Positions 28,318 to 28,830 of a stretch of DNA of 28,830 nucleotides are shown piece after piece; within the stretch, counting starts at the first letter, position 1; each line of letters begins with the position of its first letter. The notes under the pieces were generated by a model that had not been told where the DNA came from, did no database searches, and saw only the letters and a program-made list of their open reading frames with translations. The position numbers were made by a program, and so were the translations under genes. The stretch lies in the IMG/VR virus record IMGVR_UViG_2852300590_000011; one strand, given 5' to 3'. The stretch comes from an uncultured virus (IMG/VR IMGVR_UViG_2852300590_000011). Lineage: Duplodnaviria; Heunggongvirae; Uroviricota; Caudoviricetes.

Positions 28318-28830
28318 ATGATAAAAAAAATAGGGGGGTACGGTTTATCGTTATTCTTGATACCAATAGTATTCCTTCATTCCGCTAATGCGTTAGAGTT
28401 ATCCGTTCCTATTGGCTCAACAGGTTATTTAGGGGAGGTCACTCCGCCAGTTGGTTCAATAGCGCTAGAGTATGGGATGGTAATGCCAGTACTTGAGGCG
28501 AATACACCTTATATAGGTTTCCAGTGGGAGCCTTATCGATTAGTGATACAATCAATACCTTTTTACCCTGAAATTGGACGAGCGGGTGTGGCTATCTACA
28601 ATAAAAGCAATCCCAAAGGGGCCTTTATTGTTTTAGCGCCCAGTGGATATGGTTTGTTTCGTTATAAACGGGCTAACGGCGCATATGAGAATGCTTCATT
28701 TTCATTTAGTCGTTCCCAAACCACCGCTATGACAAATATGTATAATGATTTTTCCTCTAATTCTGATAAATTAAGTTGGGGTCTTTTGCCCAGACAAGGC
28801 AATAGTAATTTTTTCTCAGCACGATCGTAG
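28318..28830 (+). CDS. Exported hypothetical protein (possibly adhesin-like or truncated)
   Basis: Signal peptide MIKKIGGYGLSLFLIPIVFLHSANA; very AT-rich upstream region; stop codon falls at the window edge. Confidence 0.45.
   Translation: MIKKIGGYGLSLFLIPIVFLHSANALELSVPIGSTGYLGEVTPPVGSIALEYGMVMPVLEANTPYIGFQWEPYRLVIQSIPFYPEIGRAGVAIYNKSNPKGAFIVLAPSGYGLFRYKRANGAYENASFSFSRSQTTAMTNMYNDFSSNSDKLSWGLLPRQGNSNFFSARS

Overview
AT-rich enterobacterial DNA (Proteus/Morganellaceae-like, inferred) from the right end of a stack of lambdoid prophages integrated at the 3' end of icd. Bases 1-15230 are a lambda/Gifsy-2-type head-tail module: capsid C-terminus, DUF2190-like protein, head-tail protein, Z, U, V, G/T, H, M, L, K, I, J, a Cor-like lipoprotein and a tail fibre. 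H, J and the tail fibre are broken, so the prophage is probably defective. Bases 15370-22032 are an intact low-GC cargo block that looks like a defence island: a HEPN protein, a translationally coupled pair (2TM + PLD-like/DUF5919-like protein, then a spore-photoproduct-lyase-like radical SAM enzyme), an orphan HipA-like kinase and a DUF2971 protein. Interspersed are IS110/IS1111 and IS3 relics and a holE pseudogene. A duplicated icd 3' end with att arm follows (22091-22435), then a collapsed prophage remnant: an integrase C-terminus fused to a tail-fibre C-terminus, a lipoprotein, an IS3 relic, a third tail-fibre end, and a LexA-box-preceded HNH nuclease bacteriocin with its immunity gene. 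A second, internally deleted icd/att copy (27402-27695), another IS3 relic and an exported-protein ORF end the window. The best candidate for an undescribed system is the 2TM-PLD-like + radical SAM operon at 17922-19534. All family calls come from motif recognition by eye; no searches were run.
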